Below the pieces are notes generated by a model, which was given only the letters and a program-made list of their open reading frames with translations, had not been told where the DNA came from and made no database searches. Below are positions 42,253 through 57,486 of a DNA stretch of 64,000 nucleotides, one piece after another. The stretch covers positions 230,640,001 to 230,704,000 of the forward strand of contig OZ024741.1 in assembly GCA_964016885.1 (NCBI GenBank), read 5' to 3'. The first letter of the stretch is position 1. Each line of letters begins with the position of its first letter. Source of the stretch: Eledone cirrhosa. Taxonomy: Eukaryota. A program made the translations under genes and the position numbers.

Positions 42253-43233
42253 GTAAGTAACATTTTTAAATGATTGTCATTAAATGAGTGGCTAATCGGC
42301 GTTGGTAGGATGTAAAACAAAATGTGTTAATCCATCTTTCAGTTTAACACAAGCATATAATTCTTGCGTGATTTCGAATCTCGTCTTCTGTTTGAGGATA
42401 CATTTCCTTACATCTTTTAAGTAGGGAAAGCCATGTTATAGATCACGAGGGCTGTACTTTCTTCCTCGACTAAGCCATCATATTTGTTGGACAAATATCC
42501 GCCTGTGAAAATAACTTTCTAAAGATTTCGTTTTAATATTCATTTAAAAGAATTTCACCCACATGCATCACCAATACTATTAAGGATCGTATGAAAGCGT
42601 CACAACGCGTAAGTTGCCTTATACATAAATACAATGATTTGGCATTAGAGTTTTTGCTTTGTCTTCTTTCGTCGGCAACTTCGGAAACAGTAAAATGAAC
42701 CCTTCAGATATGGCTACACTTCTTAGTAAGACTGGCTGTTACCGTTTACACCGTTGTCCATCTCTAAAGCACAATCAGCCCTTTGAATATTTATTCGGGA
42801 TTCTTAGCCGTAGCTTCAGTCTGTTTCATGAAGGTAGCTGTGAAACACCAGGAAATCAGTAACTAACTGGTTTTCTATATTATCGATCATCGAAAGAATG
42901 ACAGGTAAAATTGATAGCAGCACCATCTGAACTGAGAATGTAAATAACCAAAGGTAACACCCTCAACATATTTTGACCGGTGTTCTGAGGTTTTTAGGAA
43001 TCTTCTTATATTTTACATGTGAAAGGAATGAGAAAATACAGCGAATCTGCATAGTCGGTACAAAACCGGAATATGTTTTGTGGTAAATTCTTGGCTCTCT
43101 TATTCCCGAGTTTTAATGCTACCGATGTTAAATTTGACTTTCATCATTTAGATGTTGAAAATGCAGTACAAGTCAAATACTGGAGTTGATTATTCTTCTA
43201 TATACCTTTCTCTTTACCCCCCCCCCAACTCTC

Positions 43234-43315
<82 letters not shown>

Positions 43316-43699
43316 CCTCTCACATGATCTCTACGTTTCTAAATGATACCAGATGTGCTCTGTCATGTAGAATATATTGTCTCTGCCAGTTGTAAATGTG
43401 CACAGATACTCCTATATTTTCACCAGAAGAAATGTGTCCTTACATACATGCTAAATACAGTAGAAACAGCATTTGAAATCAGAACGCAGTGAACTGGAGA
43501 GAATATCGCAAAATCATCTCTTTGACGAGCAAATCACTGCCAGAATACCGTTAGAAAGATAACAACTATTATGCAGGATTGTTTCCTTCATATCTATTAG
43601 TGTCCTAGCCCGGCAGAACAACATCTAATATACATAAAATTCTCTTTCTTTGGCAGAGAACAACTACATACAAAATAAACCCAAATATGGTTTACTTTT

Positions 43700-44856
43700 G
43701 TTGCAGTTTAGAAGAGATATATATTTCTCTCGAATAATGACTATAAAATATCCCTAATTTGACCTTGATCCCCGGGCACTGCATAACGCATTCGACAACA
43801 GGCAGCCTTCAAATAATCTCGCTCCACTCTGCTCTTTCGCATCCTTTCCAAATGATGTTGCCGTCCTACAGATTACCTTAAAATGTCCGTCGCCAGGTGT
43901 AATCCGGTCTACTCTTATCCCTGTTGCTAACTGGAAGATGCAAGTCATCACCGTTTTCGCGTATGGGGATCCGGTAGGCTTATAATGTGACTAGTCAGGT
44001 AGGGCCGTACCTCTGTAATTATCTCTTTCAGCTATCGAGATTTATTGTCTCGAGTATCTCTTCCTTTGTAGTCCGGTCGCACCTGATGACCTTCATAACC
44101 TTTCTGATGCATCTTTGATGGAATGCATTCAGCTTTCCGTTGATCATTATTCTGATTTCATCTCCCTTTTGCACACATAGCTGTGCGGGGAACGATTGTG
44201 TTATATTGGTGTAAGTTCATATTTGTACTGTTATTTGAGGCTGAGCAGATAGACCACATTTGCTGGAACATTATAGCTGCATTTGCGATTTTGCTGCTGA
44301 CGTCCAGTTCTTTGTTGCTATTTGGGGTTTATTTTCCCTCTGGCTTGTTGGGTGGCATTTTAGTCCAATACCTTCAACTGTGTCTTCTTGTTGTTTCGCA
44401 ACCCACATTTAGCATGTTGTCGCTATGAAATTTTACGATACTGAAGATTTGCACTGGTTTCTTCCTTTAAGGTATATTCGTCAGTCAAATCCAAGTTCCT
44501 CATACTTGTAGTCCCCTCCTTGGAATTCTATAACTGGGCCCCTTGTTTGTTTTTTTTAAATCAAAGTTTGAAGCAATTAGTAATAGAAGGACTGAAATGA
44601 TGTATCCTTGTCTGATTCAAGAAATGATGTTATTCCAGAGTCAGTTGTACACCACCCGAATTAGGCGTACATTATATCATAGACACTGGTAATACGTTGC
44701 AGGACATCACATGACATAACAATCTTCCAGAGTACTACCCCTTCACAACATCAAGCACCTTCTGGATGAGAATGAAGTTTACCACCATTGGTTTCTGATG
44801 TTCTAAATTCTCTACAATGATATTTTGCAGAATGGATATTTGTTCTGTACATGAGC
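43700..44856 (-). mobile_element. Highly decayed RTE-like LINE fragment
   Basis: Minus-frame remnants such as AFHQRCIRK; many stops and frameshifts. Confidence 0.5.
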
Positions 44857-45457
44857 GTTGGTATGGACATGTGATGCGTATGAAGGACGACAGCTGTATA
44901 AAAAAGTGCAGGGCAATGAAAATTGATGAAAGCTACGGAGTGGGTAGACCAAAAAAACCTGGGATGAGCTGATAAAAACTGACCTTGCTCACTTACACCT
45001 CTCTAAGACAATGGCACTGGATCGAGATCTTTGGCGTCATGCAGTTGTACAGAAGACCCAGCTGCTATTGCATAGAAATCTACAGTCAGTAGGCACCTCT
45101 TAACCCAAAGTACACCCCACACACCCTAACCATTCCTCCCTTTCACGTTCTGCCCACTGTGTCGATGACACAACAGTCCACACTGTAAGGTGGTTGTGTA
45201 AGAGACATGGTAAAACGGCTCCCAGTCCACACTGTAAATGTGCTTGGTTTTAGGAAGGGCACCAGCTGTAAACAGCCTGCCAGAGATACATTCGTACGAC
45301 CGAGACATGGCCTCCTGACCATTCCCGCATCAAATGGAACAAAACCGTCTAATCTATGCTAGCGTAGAAGATGAATGTTAAACGATGATGATGATGATGA
45401 TGATGATGATCATGATGATCATGATGATGATGATCATGATGATCATGATGATCATGA
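44857..45457 (+). mobile_element. LINE 3' end with (GAT)n tail
   Basis: RWYGHVMRM..GRPKK remnants, then the (GAT)n/GATCAT array at 45384-45457. Confidence 0.65.
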
Positions 45458-47020
45458 GCTATTGTATCTAAAAGCAACATGATTCTTTCTCCGAGAATAA
45501 TGCATTGCTTTGTGTAGTCTTCTCAATAACACCGTAGAACACATTGCTTAGGACCGACAGAAGTGTCATTATTAGTCAGTTGTTACACTGATTTCTCCTC
45601 TTTGGTAAATTCAGAATCATCTACTGCTGCCTCATCAGAAGTAATTGTCCTTGTAGCCAACATAAAATCATGCGGTTGCCCATTATTTAAATTATTCTGA
45701 GTTCTCATCCAATCCTATCTTATATCTTGGTTATTAACTTCATAGAATTTCTCGTCTCACATTCTACATATCTTCAGTTGTGTATCGAATGCTGGTCGCT
45801 TCAATCCTATGTTAAACAGGGAAGATTGTGTTGGTTGGCTTAGTGTTTGCTGGAAGTGCTCCATCTAATTTTAATTTGGCACGTCATCTGACCACAGAGT
45901 TTATTAATATCTATCCTTTACTCTCGTGTTCATATTACTTCGGGCTCACGTTATCTCCCATTCAATATTATACAGGAACTTCGCATCATTTTACCTATTG
46001 CTTCTCTCCATGCTTGATGTCACGTCTGCTATTCTTTTAACCCACGGAAAAGCATTCGGTACGCAACATCTGGCTTTCCCTTCTCTTCTCTCTTCCTTAA
46101 AACTTTTGTCCTCCTTCATCAATTAAAACCCATATTTATTCCCGGATCCACTATTTCTTTTCTTGGTCCACCACATCTCCACCAATCCTTTTGGAAGGCT
46201 TGAAAAACAAAGGTTACCGCGGTGCGATTTGAATTCAGAATTTAAATATATATAACTAAATACTACAAATCATTTTGACCGACGATTTAATGTTTCTGTA
46301 AATCTACCACCCTGGTAATAATTGTAATATCAGTCGACTGCTGTTACAGTTATGTTCTTCGTCTGGGACTCTAAAATTTTCTAATTTCACATCACCCATA
46401 GCTGCGATAATCCATAAGATTATTTTAATTTAGGCTATTCTGTAGCCCAAATTTATTAAATATAGCACATGGGAAAAAGTTTCAGTTGTTCTTCAGCATA
46501 AAGAAACAGCGCTAGAACATATATTTTCTAGAGTCATCATCCTTTTTATGACCATCGCTTCGATCATCAGATACGTTATAGTCATCTTCTATATGACAAT
46601 ATCTTCTCTAATGTAACAAAAATAACGGCCTTTCTGCTCTTTATCATCTCTATGATCACCCTCTCTGTGTTCATCATCTTCTCTGTAGTCATAATCTCTT
46701 ATCTATGGTCATAATTTTTTTATGACAATCAACTTCTCTAAGGTCACCATCCTCTATATTGCCATCGCCTCTTCTATCATTATCATCATCATTTATATGA
46801 ATCTCATCTTCTCAACGTTTCTCATATCTATGCTGCTTGACGAAGAAGACAATTGTTTTAATTCAGTTTGTGCAGCACCTAATTTTCAAGTCGCTTCGAC
46901 TTACTAATTCGGTATAAATGTTCAAAAATTGTTGCAATACTCACATCTACGTATCCTGCTAGAGGTCGAACTGTTGTGTGAGGATTTGCTTCCAGCAAAC
47001 CTTTAAATTAATCGTAGTTA

Positions 47021-47084
47021 AATGGTAGTTAAATGCTTTATCAATGGTAGTTAAATGCTTTATCAATGGTAGTTAAATGCTTTA
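47021..47084. repeat. 22-bp tandem repeat, ~3 copies
   Basis: AATGGTAGTTAAATGCTTTATC repeated. Confidence 0.9.
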
Positions 47085-48226
47085 TTTTTAACAATGAACT
47101 CTCAACATTAGTCTGAACGTTCATTAACACGTCATTGAGGAAAAGAATACCTTAGTAAATTTTCTAACGGTTTGTCTTGCAATGCAGCCGAGATAAATTC
47201 ATATAGAGTTGGTGGAAATGCTGTTTCGACATCTTAAAATTGACGAAAATATAATACATATAAAACACGGTTAGGAGCGAAAAACAGGGAACGACATAAA
47301 GTTGAAAACGATACGAACATTAACACTGTTAAATCTAATAAAAACATAATACTTGCATTCATTTGCATTCATAGCTTGCCTATCAGTTCATGTTATTTAT
47401 GCTCTGTGACATTTTTCTATTCATGCCACGTTTAATTAGATGTATAAGAAAGTTAAATACACTATGGTTTTGCCTTGAAAAGTTTTATCCGCCAGCAAAC
47501 TTTCGGTAAAGTAAGTGCAAATCTATGGCTTAAAACCTAGAAAATACGTACATTAAATTATAAATACATACATACATACAAACATACATAAATATATACA
47601 TACAAAATATATCTAAAACATTCCAAAAATGCTGCTTGTATTAACTGCCTATTTCACATGTACAGATACAAAACATATGCACTTGCAAACATATAACTCA
47701 AACAGATCCACACATACAATAATATCCATACCAGCACTTAAACACACACACACAAACGCACACACACGCACGCACGCACGCACACACCAACACACATACA
47801 TACACACTCACACACACATACACACACACAAACACACGCACACATGCAGACATGCAGACATATTTACTTAGATGCAAGTGTCTTGTATCTATGTTAGAAA
47901 CCGACTCTATTTGTAAAAAAATATAAGATTATGAAACCAGAAGAACATTTGCTGAACGCACGAACACAAGGACGCGTTTTCCCTGCCGGCGGCATATCAC
48001 AAAATCGAATTTCATCTCAGGATATCGTTCTCATGACAACAACAAATGCATGAATTACATCTTGATTGCATGGGAGAACCGTTGAAACAATTATAATGAA
48101 TAAACGATTTATGTAACATCAGCATCTTTATTAATGTTATTATATATACATATATACATATATACATATATATACATGTATATATTTTCACATATTAATA
48201 TAATATATTCTTTATGATGATTGTAG

Positions 48227-48361
48227 AATGCCCTATAGGGAGTTATGGAGAACGATGCGAGAAAAAGTGTCACTGCGCTAATGAGGTGAAATGCCATCCC
48301 ATCACTGGTTCATGTGATCTTACATGCCAAGCTGCATTAAAGGCTGATGTCTGTCAATTAG
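48227..48361 (+). CDS. Host gene exon: EGF-like repeat
   Basis: TTGTAG|..G|GTAGGT, 135 nt; ECPIGSYGERCEKKCHCANEVKCHPITGSCDLTCQAALKADVCQL. Confidence 0.88.
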
Positions 48362-48696
48362 GTAGGTATACATAATCTGCTAAAGATTAGGCATTTTCCG
48401 TTCAGGCCTTTATTCATTAAATCTTTCTAAATTATTTTTTTTGGAACACTGGTTTTCCGATCAAACCTTTGTTCCTTTTAATTTGAAGTAGTGAAGCTTG
48501 ATTTTGTATGTTTTAGTTTAGTGTTGATAAACTAGGCTCATCTCACGACCGTATCTATATAGTTCCGATCGATTAAATTTTAAATGTTTCAGTCTACCCA
48601 GAACAGAATCAACTGGATATCAAGTGACAACAGCATCAATGAAAAGCAACCAGCGAAGTCCGAACCTCAAAAGCATGGAATTGACGAGATGAAAAT

Positions 48697-48878
48697 TGTA
48701 TCTAATTTTGGCACAAGGCCAGCAATTACCTCAGTGTATTACTGGTACTTTATTTTATCGACCCCGTAAGGATGAGAGGCAAAGTTAACCTCGGCGAGAT
48801 TTGAACTGAGACCATAAAGGGCCGTAACGCTTTGCTGCAAAGCATGGCGTCCGACCCTCTACCGATACTGCCAATCCA
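48697..48878 (-). mobile_element. tRNA-derived SINE (reverse orientation)
   Basis: Reverse complement of the same SINE (TTTATCGACCCCGTAAGGATGA..ATTTGAACT..CCGATACTGCCAA). Confidence 0.88.
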
Positions 48879-48899
48879 ATTGACGACATGATAATAGTA

Positions 48900-51800
48900 A
48901 TAAACCAGCGATCTAGCGGAGAGTGAAACAACCCTTTACGGGGTGCTGTATTCTGCAAAATTTACTTGGGAAAAATGTTTTCGTTCAAACATGGATACCT
49001 CAAAAGAGGGAGAAAGAGAGAGAGCGTTATCAGACAACACAAAGAGAGGAGGAGTTTGTCAATATGTTAACATGTCCTTTTTAATGATATTGTTTCAGAT
49101 TAAAAAAATCCAAATAGTACTGACACAAACAACTCCAGCAATAACACCAAATACAACACAATCAATAACAAGAGCAACAACGAAAATAACAGCGATAAGA
49201 TCGAGAATTATAATGACAATAACAATAACAACCACAACAATAACAGTAGGAATAGTATCAACGAAAACAACAATAATAACAACAGCCACAACAACCGTAA
49301 CAGTAGCCACAGTATCAACGAAAACTTCAAAAATAACAACATAAATAACAGTAACAACGAGCCCAGCACCAACAACAAGACCAGTAGCAGCAGTAGCGGC
49401 AGTACTAATGGTATCGCTGAAAAAAAGGCCACTTCTTTTGCAGGTGTAGCCCGAAATATAGAGGCAGCACTAATCATGGATGAGGAGATGGCAGTCGCGA
49501 GGGCCATGGTGACTAGAAATTCCAATCGTGTCTCCCTAAAACCTCCACCCGTTTTTTCAAGGACCAGCTGTTACGGACGGTGACTTAAGCAAAATATCAC
49601 ATCGGGTGGAGAGAGCCACGGAGGCTCAAATTCAAAAGGGATTGGGGTGCGTCTGGGCACGCAAAACCCACATCACCCGAGGAAAAAAGTATGTCACAGT
49701 AGACGTACCTTTTGCCTCCCCACAAGAGACGAAGTCTCACTCCTTGGTAAACCTAAAGAGTGTAGATAGTTTTGGTGCCCTCCTACTGCGGTCAGAAAAT
49801 TGTGGGTTCAAATTGACCGAGGTACTTCCCGACGTGCCCATAACATGGTTGGCCGCGTCTGTCCTTGCTGGAATCGAGGACAAAACGACGTCACTGCAAG
49901 TACGGAGGATATCGAGGGAGAACTGGTCAGGTATAGAAATACAAATGTTAATACAAACTGACCAGGAGTGTATTGAGGTTATCACAGACATTATTGACTT
50001 TGAGGAAGGCGTCTAACTCCCTATAAGCATGGAAGGAAGTCGCCCAAATTGCTATCTTTGTGAATCAAAGGGTCACGTCAGGGTCTTTTGCCCGCAGAAC
50101 ACAGCCAAAACGAAGGCCCACCCCCTCCTTCCGACGCCTGGTCCGCTGCTACCAGGAGCAGGGCAGGCCACAGAGGCGGCAGACCTTTCCACGGTGAGTA
50201 GGAGGGCAACGTCTGTGGCACCCATACCAAGGCCATGGACAGCTAAATCAGCGGCAGCAGTGGCGGCAACACCAGTAGCTACATTTGCAATAGCTACGCC
50301 AGTGACAAAATCGTCGGAGCTGTCTACACTACCACCAACATCAGCCGTAGAGCTCATATCCCACCCAGACCCCATGGAATCCGACATGGAGTGGCAAAAT
50401 TTCTGCAACAAAAAAAGAAAGAACCCGTTAGCTTCGCCCTCCAAAAGGGAGGGCAAACAAAGAGGGGTAAAGGCTGGCTGCAATGCGACTTGCAACACCA
50501 CCACCGTCACCATCACAAGCATCATCTCCCAAAACAACCACCATACCACCAGCATCACCACAAACACCAACATCGCAAACACAACAAGGCACACATACCC
50601 CAAAACAGCAACAAGTAAACAGCCCCCCCCCCAAAAAAAAAAATACACAGCCATAAACGTGGCAAATAAAGAATTCATACGATATATAAAGCAGCACACA
50701 GCATTACAGAAAAAATTACTACACCCAACCAATACCAAGAACATTACCAAATATATAAACATTGTCGAAATTAAACTGGAGCATTATAAATATTTAAAAC
50801 AAAAATTCCCTAAAGCAGTTGGAGACTTCAGAGGGTCGTTTACCAAGAGAATATACATGGACATTATCTTGGAGACACCCATGACCAGCAAAAGGGATGA
50901 TCGACTCTCCTCCCTTTCCAACACGATCAGGGTAGGTGATCCTTTCTCACTTACTCCATTCCTCACCCAACATGACCTTACTTAGAATAGGCAGTATAAA
51001 TGTACGTGGCCAGAGGTTATCTTGGAAGCAGGGCCACCTGCTTAATGACCTCAGTTCACTAAACATAGATGTTGTGGCCATCAGTGAGACCAGAATTTCC
51101 GAAGTACGAGACTCCGCACCGATCTCCGGCAGCTACGATGTATAGGCATCACCGAGACGTCCAGGGTCGAGGGCGGAGTTGCTGTGCGTTTTCGGAGAGG
51201 CTTGGATCTCGCCATACGGGCCATCTCCCTGGACTCAGAAAGTAAGTCGGTGGTGCTGGACGTGACAGGCAGCGAAGGCAATGCTTTCAGTCTAGTAGCC
51301 GTCTACGCCCCAACAGTGACAGGACGGCGAGATTTCTTCAGGCGTCTAGAGAACTTTCTGGGAACGTCTCACTCTTTAGTGGTGATAGTGGGTATCTTAG
51401 ATTCACGCTGGGATTATGTGGGGCTAGTAAATAAGGGAGGAGGATATACAAGCTTCACCAACTTGCTCAGACGCTTTCAACTGTCTGACAGATATTGACT
51501 GGATTATCAGAATGTGCCAATGTGGACATGGGCAAACCACATCGGGTCATTCAGATCGTATCTTGATAGGGTAAAAGATAGGGCTACTGTAGGTGGTCCA
51601 CAATTTAAAGTAGTCGATTACGCGGACCACAAATTTGTGATCTGTAAAGTCGACTTAGATAGACTTCAGAGGCAAAGACCCAGTTACTGGAAGCTGAACG
51701 CTTAGTTCCCGTCGTGCAATGCTTACAGAGATCGGATAAGCGAATTAGTTAAGCGTGCTTTGAATGGTGCGATCGTCAACAACAGGTGGTGGTTTACCTT

Positions 51801-54545
51801 GAAAAGGGAAATTAGAGTAGTATCGATAAGGTTTAGCAAAGGAGTAGTGATAGAGGAAAATAGAGTAGAAAGAGAGCTAGTTAGAAAGCTAGAAGAGGCG
51901 TAGAATAGGCATCGCAACCGATATGCTTGCGGCGAAATTGGTACTTCAACGCAAAACACGCAGGCTGCGGTGTCAGCGCTAGAGCGCTTGCTCTGAGACA
52001 CGAGGGGACAACAGCCGTCCAATGGTCCCAGATGGTAGAGGCGCGACGTGGCAACAAAGTCACAATTCAGTCTTTGCCTGACCAAAACGGGCGCACGTTA
52101 CTTGAACCCGAACAGATGTGTGAGGCTTTTCAGCAGCACTTTGTTCAACTGTTTGGGAGCAGCGGCGGGCCGCATCGGTGTAAGAACTTCAGTGCATACC
52201 TCTAAGGACTGCTGCAGCTCTCGCCGACCACGGCACAGTATTGTGAAAAGCCGATCATAGCAAATCAAATATGGCAAGCGATGTCATGCTGGATAAGTGG
52301 TAAATGACCAGGTTTAGATGGTCGGCCCTTACAGCTTTATGCGTACGTGAGAGGCTTGTTCGGCGACCTCTTGGCAGATGTATATTGCAACTGGCAGCAG
52401 AACGGGAGCATTTCCAGTCTTATGAGCCGGCGAGCAGTGGCGCTGTTGAGAAAAGATCCGAAAAAGGGGACGTTAGGGACAACTTCGGGCCCATAACTTT
52501 GCTAAACGCAGATTTCAATATTTTGGCCAAGGTATTAGCAACGAGATTGATGTTTGTCATCGGTAAACTGGTGGGAGAGATGCAGACATGTGCCATTCCA
52601 GACAGATCTATCCACGACAACATCCGCGTTATGCGATAGATAATAGAGAGGGTTGTTAAGGCACCTGGCACGGGTGGACCTCTGATCAATTTGGATCAAT
52701 TTTAGGCATTTGATAGGGTCGAGCATCGGTACCTGGTTGCGGTCCTTGAGGCGGCCGGTTTCGGCCCTGTTTTCAGGGGTTGGATCACTGCGATGCACAG
52801 AGACATCTGCTCAGTTATGAGGGTGAACGGTCACCTGTCACAGCCGTTCAGCATCATGCGCTCAGTCCGCCAGGGTTGAACCCTCTCGTCTCTCATGTAT
52901 GTATTGGATAACGAGCCATTACTGCACACATTGGAGGCAATGAGAGGCGTCCCACGCGAACTGGGATGTGGGAGATCCGTATCGGCTTACGCCAACGACG
53001 TCACCGTGGTGGTGTCAAGCACCCGACATGTCCAGTGGCTCGCCACCACTGTCAAGTTATATGAAGCAGTGACAGGAGCTAAGTTAACCACGAAAAGTTG
53101 GTGGGCTTTCAGTCGGCACCTGGGGAGGCAAGTCCATGCCGACCCGTAGCGTCATGGGGGGATGGACTGAAGGACCGGTTAAATTGCTCGGGGTCTGTTT
53201 CGGTCTGGACCAGGTGGAGAAAAAATGGAGCGGGGTTGACGAGCAGGGTGGCCTCTCTCACCCAGATATGGGCGCAGAGGAAGCTATTCCTGAAAGGTCG
53301 GGCGTAGGTGGCGAACGCGTACATCGCGTCCGTCATCCACTACCGTCTGACAGTCGTGCCTTGTCCTAACACTCGCCTGACTGTGTTGGAGCGTTTGCCC
53401 TTTCGCTTTTTGTGGAAGGTACGCATTCCAATGGTCAGGTGGTCCGTTTTATGCCAACACCCACCACGTAGAGGGTTGAGCATGTTGTGACTGATGATAC
53501 GCAAACATGCGCACAGGCTACGGCATCTCCACCTCTTACTCAACGGTGATCAGGTGGGGTTACCATTTGCTAGACACGTATTTTCCCAGCTCGACTCCTT
53601 GACAGAGCTGCTGTCATGAGTCAAGCGAAGACCGAGCGGGAGTGCTTGGAAACTGCAATGTCTTCAGGCGTTTACAAACCTCGACCAATCGCGCAATGCG
53701 ATCGGTGGAAACTCCACATTGGCGTTCTACAGAGGGCTAGTGGAGGGAAAGATGACGACGTCGATGGGGAGACTCCGATCGACGAAAATCAACTAGCCAA
53801 TCTCTTCGGGAGAACATTCGAGCCGTGGCCCATGGACAACCAATAATCCCTGGCCTGGGAATGCTACCGAGGAGCTTTGCCAGTTCGGGATAAAATCTAC
53901 AGCCATGAAAGTGACGTCAGCCAAGCCTGTCCGAGATGCGCGCAGGTCGACGAAACCGACCTCCACGCACTCGTCCAGTTTTCGACCATTGCTGACTTGT
54001 GTGTTTATGTCGAACATCTACTGTCGCGTGTAGGGTGGATCCGGCTATCAGCTGAGTCCATCGTGAGGATTGCCCCGCCATCTTCATTTAGCCAGGAAGG
54101 GCAGCCAGTTTTTATCGGCCTGACGGCCATGGCCAAAGAGGTCATGCGGTGGACGCGTTTGAAAGGGGTGAAGACGAGCAATTACCTCTTCGGTAGTGCC
54201 CTGATTAACTTTTCAAATTTCATTAGAAAAGGAAAATCAGGGTAGAGAGGGAAGTGATCTCTTCCCAGCAATTTGTTGAAAGATGGGTGAGAGAAGCAAG
54301 CATGGCCCGAGTGAATGGGCCTGTTCCGAGTATTCGCCTGTAAATTGAAGGTGGAAAACTGGGAGAGGGCACTTGCCCTGGTGGTCAGGGTCACTGTGAC
54401 TATTTAATGAGTTTTCTCCACGTGTGTCCCTCGGAAATCTCCCCGCTATTGGGGAATTTTGCTTTGTTTCTATTTGGTCATTTTCTTTTTTTTTTTTTAC
54501 ACGCAGACATTTCCATTTGTACCGTCCTATACCGTCCTGTGCTGT
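48900..54545 (+). mobile_element. Second L1/Tx1-clade LINE, degenerate (ORF1 with CCHC knuckle; ORF2 from ~50972)
   Basis: CYLCESKGHVRVFCP; LRIGSINVRG, AISET, LVAVYAP, YLDRV, ADHKFV, YWKLN, PITLLNADFNILAKVL, AYANDV, CPRC..H. Shares the 3' motif CCGCTATTGGGGA with the first LINE. 5' boundary approximate. Confidence 0.9.
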
Positions 54546-54804
54546 CCTAATAGGTGGGCAGACTAAGTATACTTAGTCTTCTCACCTATATTGTATCCTG
54601 TTAAGTGTTCAAGTAACGGCAATATATTTGTTTTAACGTTTCTATGCTCCGATGAATCCAGACATATATCTAGATGAAATGATCGAAAGCTATTAGATGT
54701 TTTAAACACAATTTGATTGTTATTATGTTATATATGTATATATGAACCTAATAACTAACAACTTTCGTAATTGTACCCCTTAGTGTTATTATTTACTTTT
54801 CCAG

Positions 54805-54906
<102 letters not shown>

Positions 54907-56248
54907 GTATGCATACGTACATACATACATGTATACAGACGTACAGTAGTATGTATATATATATACATACATGCACACACACACATATATATGTACGTAT
55001 GGATTTACCGAACATTTATTATAATGCTCGGTGTGTTTTTAAACAAACATTCCGAATTAAGCCGTAGTGTCTAGCAACCATCGTTGCTCGTTTGTTCAAC
55101 ACTAACAAAGGAACGATGTACTAGTTTCAAACTTATTAGCTATCGGCAGCACCGTATACCTTCCTGCGAGATGATTGAACGTCTGAAAGTATATACTTTC
55201 CTAATGCATATTAACGGCTGAGCAGCCTAATTTGCATATCGAGTGAGTTAATCGGCCGGGCGCACCGAAAACGATAAATGGAAAAAATGAAACGAAATTT
55301 CATTTCTCACTCTTAGTACGGCTATTACTTAAATATAAGTATGTATAGTTACATACATATATGTATACAGACGTACAGTAGTATATATATATATATATAT
55401 ATACATACATGCACACACATATATATATGTACGTATGGATTTACCGAACATTTATTATAATGCTCGGTTTGGTTGTAAACAAACATCCCGAATTAAGCCG
55501 TACATCGTTGCCCTTTTGTTCAACACCGCTTATTAGTACATCGTTCCTTTGTCAGTGTTGAACAAAAGGGCAACAATGGTTGCTAAACACTGTACGGCTT
55601 AATTCGGGATGTTTGTTTACAAACAAACCGAGCATCATAATAAATGTTCGGTAAATCCATACGTACATATATATATATATGTGTGCATATATATATATAT
55701 ATACATACTACTGTACGTATGTATACATATATGTATGTACGTATACATACTTATGTTTAAGTAACAGCCGTACCAAGAGTGAGAAATGATATTTCGTTTC
55801 ATTTTTTCCATTTATCGTTTTCGGTGCGCCCGGCCGATTAACTCTACTCGATATGCAAATTAGGCTGCTCAGCCGTTAATATGCATAAAGAAAGTATGTA
55901 CTTTCAGACGTTCAATCATCTGGCAGGAAGGTATACGGTGCTGACGATAGCTAATAAGCTTGAAACTAGTACATCGTTCCTTTGTCAGTGTTGAACAAAA
56001 GGGCAACGATAGTTGCTAAACACTGTACGGCTTAATTAGGGATGTTGTTTACAAACAAACCGAGCATTATAATAAATGTTCGGTAAACCCATACGTACAT
56101 ATATATATGTGTGCATGTATGTACATATATATATATACATACTACTGTACGTCTGTATACATATATGTATGTACGTATACATACTTATATTTATGTAACA
56201 GTCGTACCAAGAGTGAGAAATGAAATATCGTTTCATTTCTTCCATTTA
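54907..56248. mobile_element. Second insertion of the ~430-bp HHR element (~1.4 units plus ~1.6 inverted units) between (TA)n tracts
   Basis: ACGTACAGTAGT at 54939 and ~55370; inversion junction ~55504-55535; homologous to 16488-17492. Confidence 0.9.
55910..55996 (+). ncRNA. Type I HHR motif of the 430-bp family
   Basis: ACGGTG|CTGACGA(55941-55947)|TAGCTAATAAGCTT|GAAA|CTAG|TA(55970-55971)|CATCGT. Confidence 0.78.
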
Positions 56249-56600
56249 TATATATATATATATATATTAAAATAACAGATTAAAGTTTAAGAAAAGAATC
56301 GCTGCTTTCACCCTTAACGGGATCTTCTGAAACTAACAAAGTCAATCTGTAAACGCAGAACTGGATATTTCAAAAAAACGTTGCAACCGGAGGAAGACAG
56401 GAAGACGATACTTTGGTTCGTGGTAACGTTCGCTGGCAAAGAACGGGAAAAAACGAATAATACGTCATTAATAGGAGCGATGAAAAACAATTACGCGCAA
56501 AGACAAAACCACGTTTTGCTCTACGGTTCTTATATATTTGATATATATTTTCCTTATCGAGCCCTCTTTGGATTTTAGTCTTCAATTTTATTATTATTAC

Positions 56601-56635
<35 letters not shown>

Positions 56636-57026
56636 ATCTAGGGCCTGTAAAATTCCCGAGATCCATGGACGAGTTCTCTCCAGCGGCCTCTGTCCCTCAT
56701 TATCGCTGCCATGTCCTGCGCCTCCAGCATGGGTGCTACACGTGAATGCTGAGGATGGCTCTGAACATTAGTCAATATACACTGAGGACGAAGGACTCAG
56801 AGCTGTAGGGGAGCACCCCAAATGTCAGCTCAAAAGTGACACAGTGGAGACTGAGATTAGCCGCACTCGCTCACCGACATCCAGAGTTGACACTGCACTC
56901 AGTGCTTCAGTGGGAGTCCCTACATGGACACACTGGAAGAGGAAGACCGAAGGTAATATGTTTATATATATATATATATATGCGTACACACACACACATA
57001 TATATGTATATTTAGATAGATATATT

Positions 57027-57173
<147 letters not shown>

Positions 57174-57351
57174 GTATATATATAGAGAGAGAGAGTTTCA
57201 GTTGTCATTAAATGTCATAGAATCACTACTTACATGAGAAGAAATCATGAAGAATGTTTCTATATGTTGTTGTTCTTATTATGTCGATTCTTTCTGCCCT
57301 TTGATATACAAGTCGATGTCACATTCTTTTTGCCTTTATTATTATTTGCAG

Positions 57352-57486
57352 AATGTGAAGAGGGAAAGTTTGGTGATTATTGTAAAAAAACCTGTCATTG
57401 TATGAACAATAAATACTGTAATGGCTTAAATGGATTTTGTGCAGATGGATGTGCTGATGGTTATCGTGGAGACTCTTGCCAAGATG
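57352..57486 (+). CDS. Host gene exon: EGF-like repeat
   Basis: TTTGCAG|..G|GTATAT, 135 nt; ECEEGKFGDYCKKTCHCMNNKYCNGLNGFCADGCADGYRGDSCQD. Confidence 0.9.

Noticed and set aside
56640-56960. GC-richer island as a possible exon
   Set aside because: Minus-strand MRDRGRWR-like remnant suggests a LINE 3' fragment; no clean acceptor or frame.
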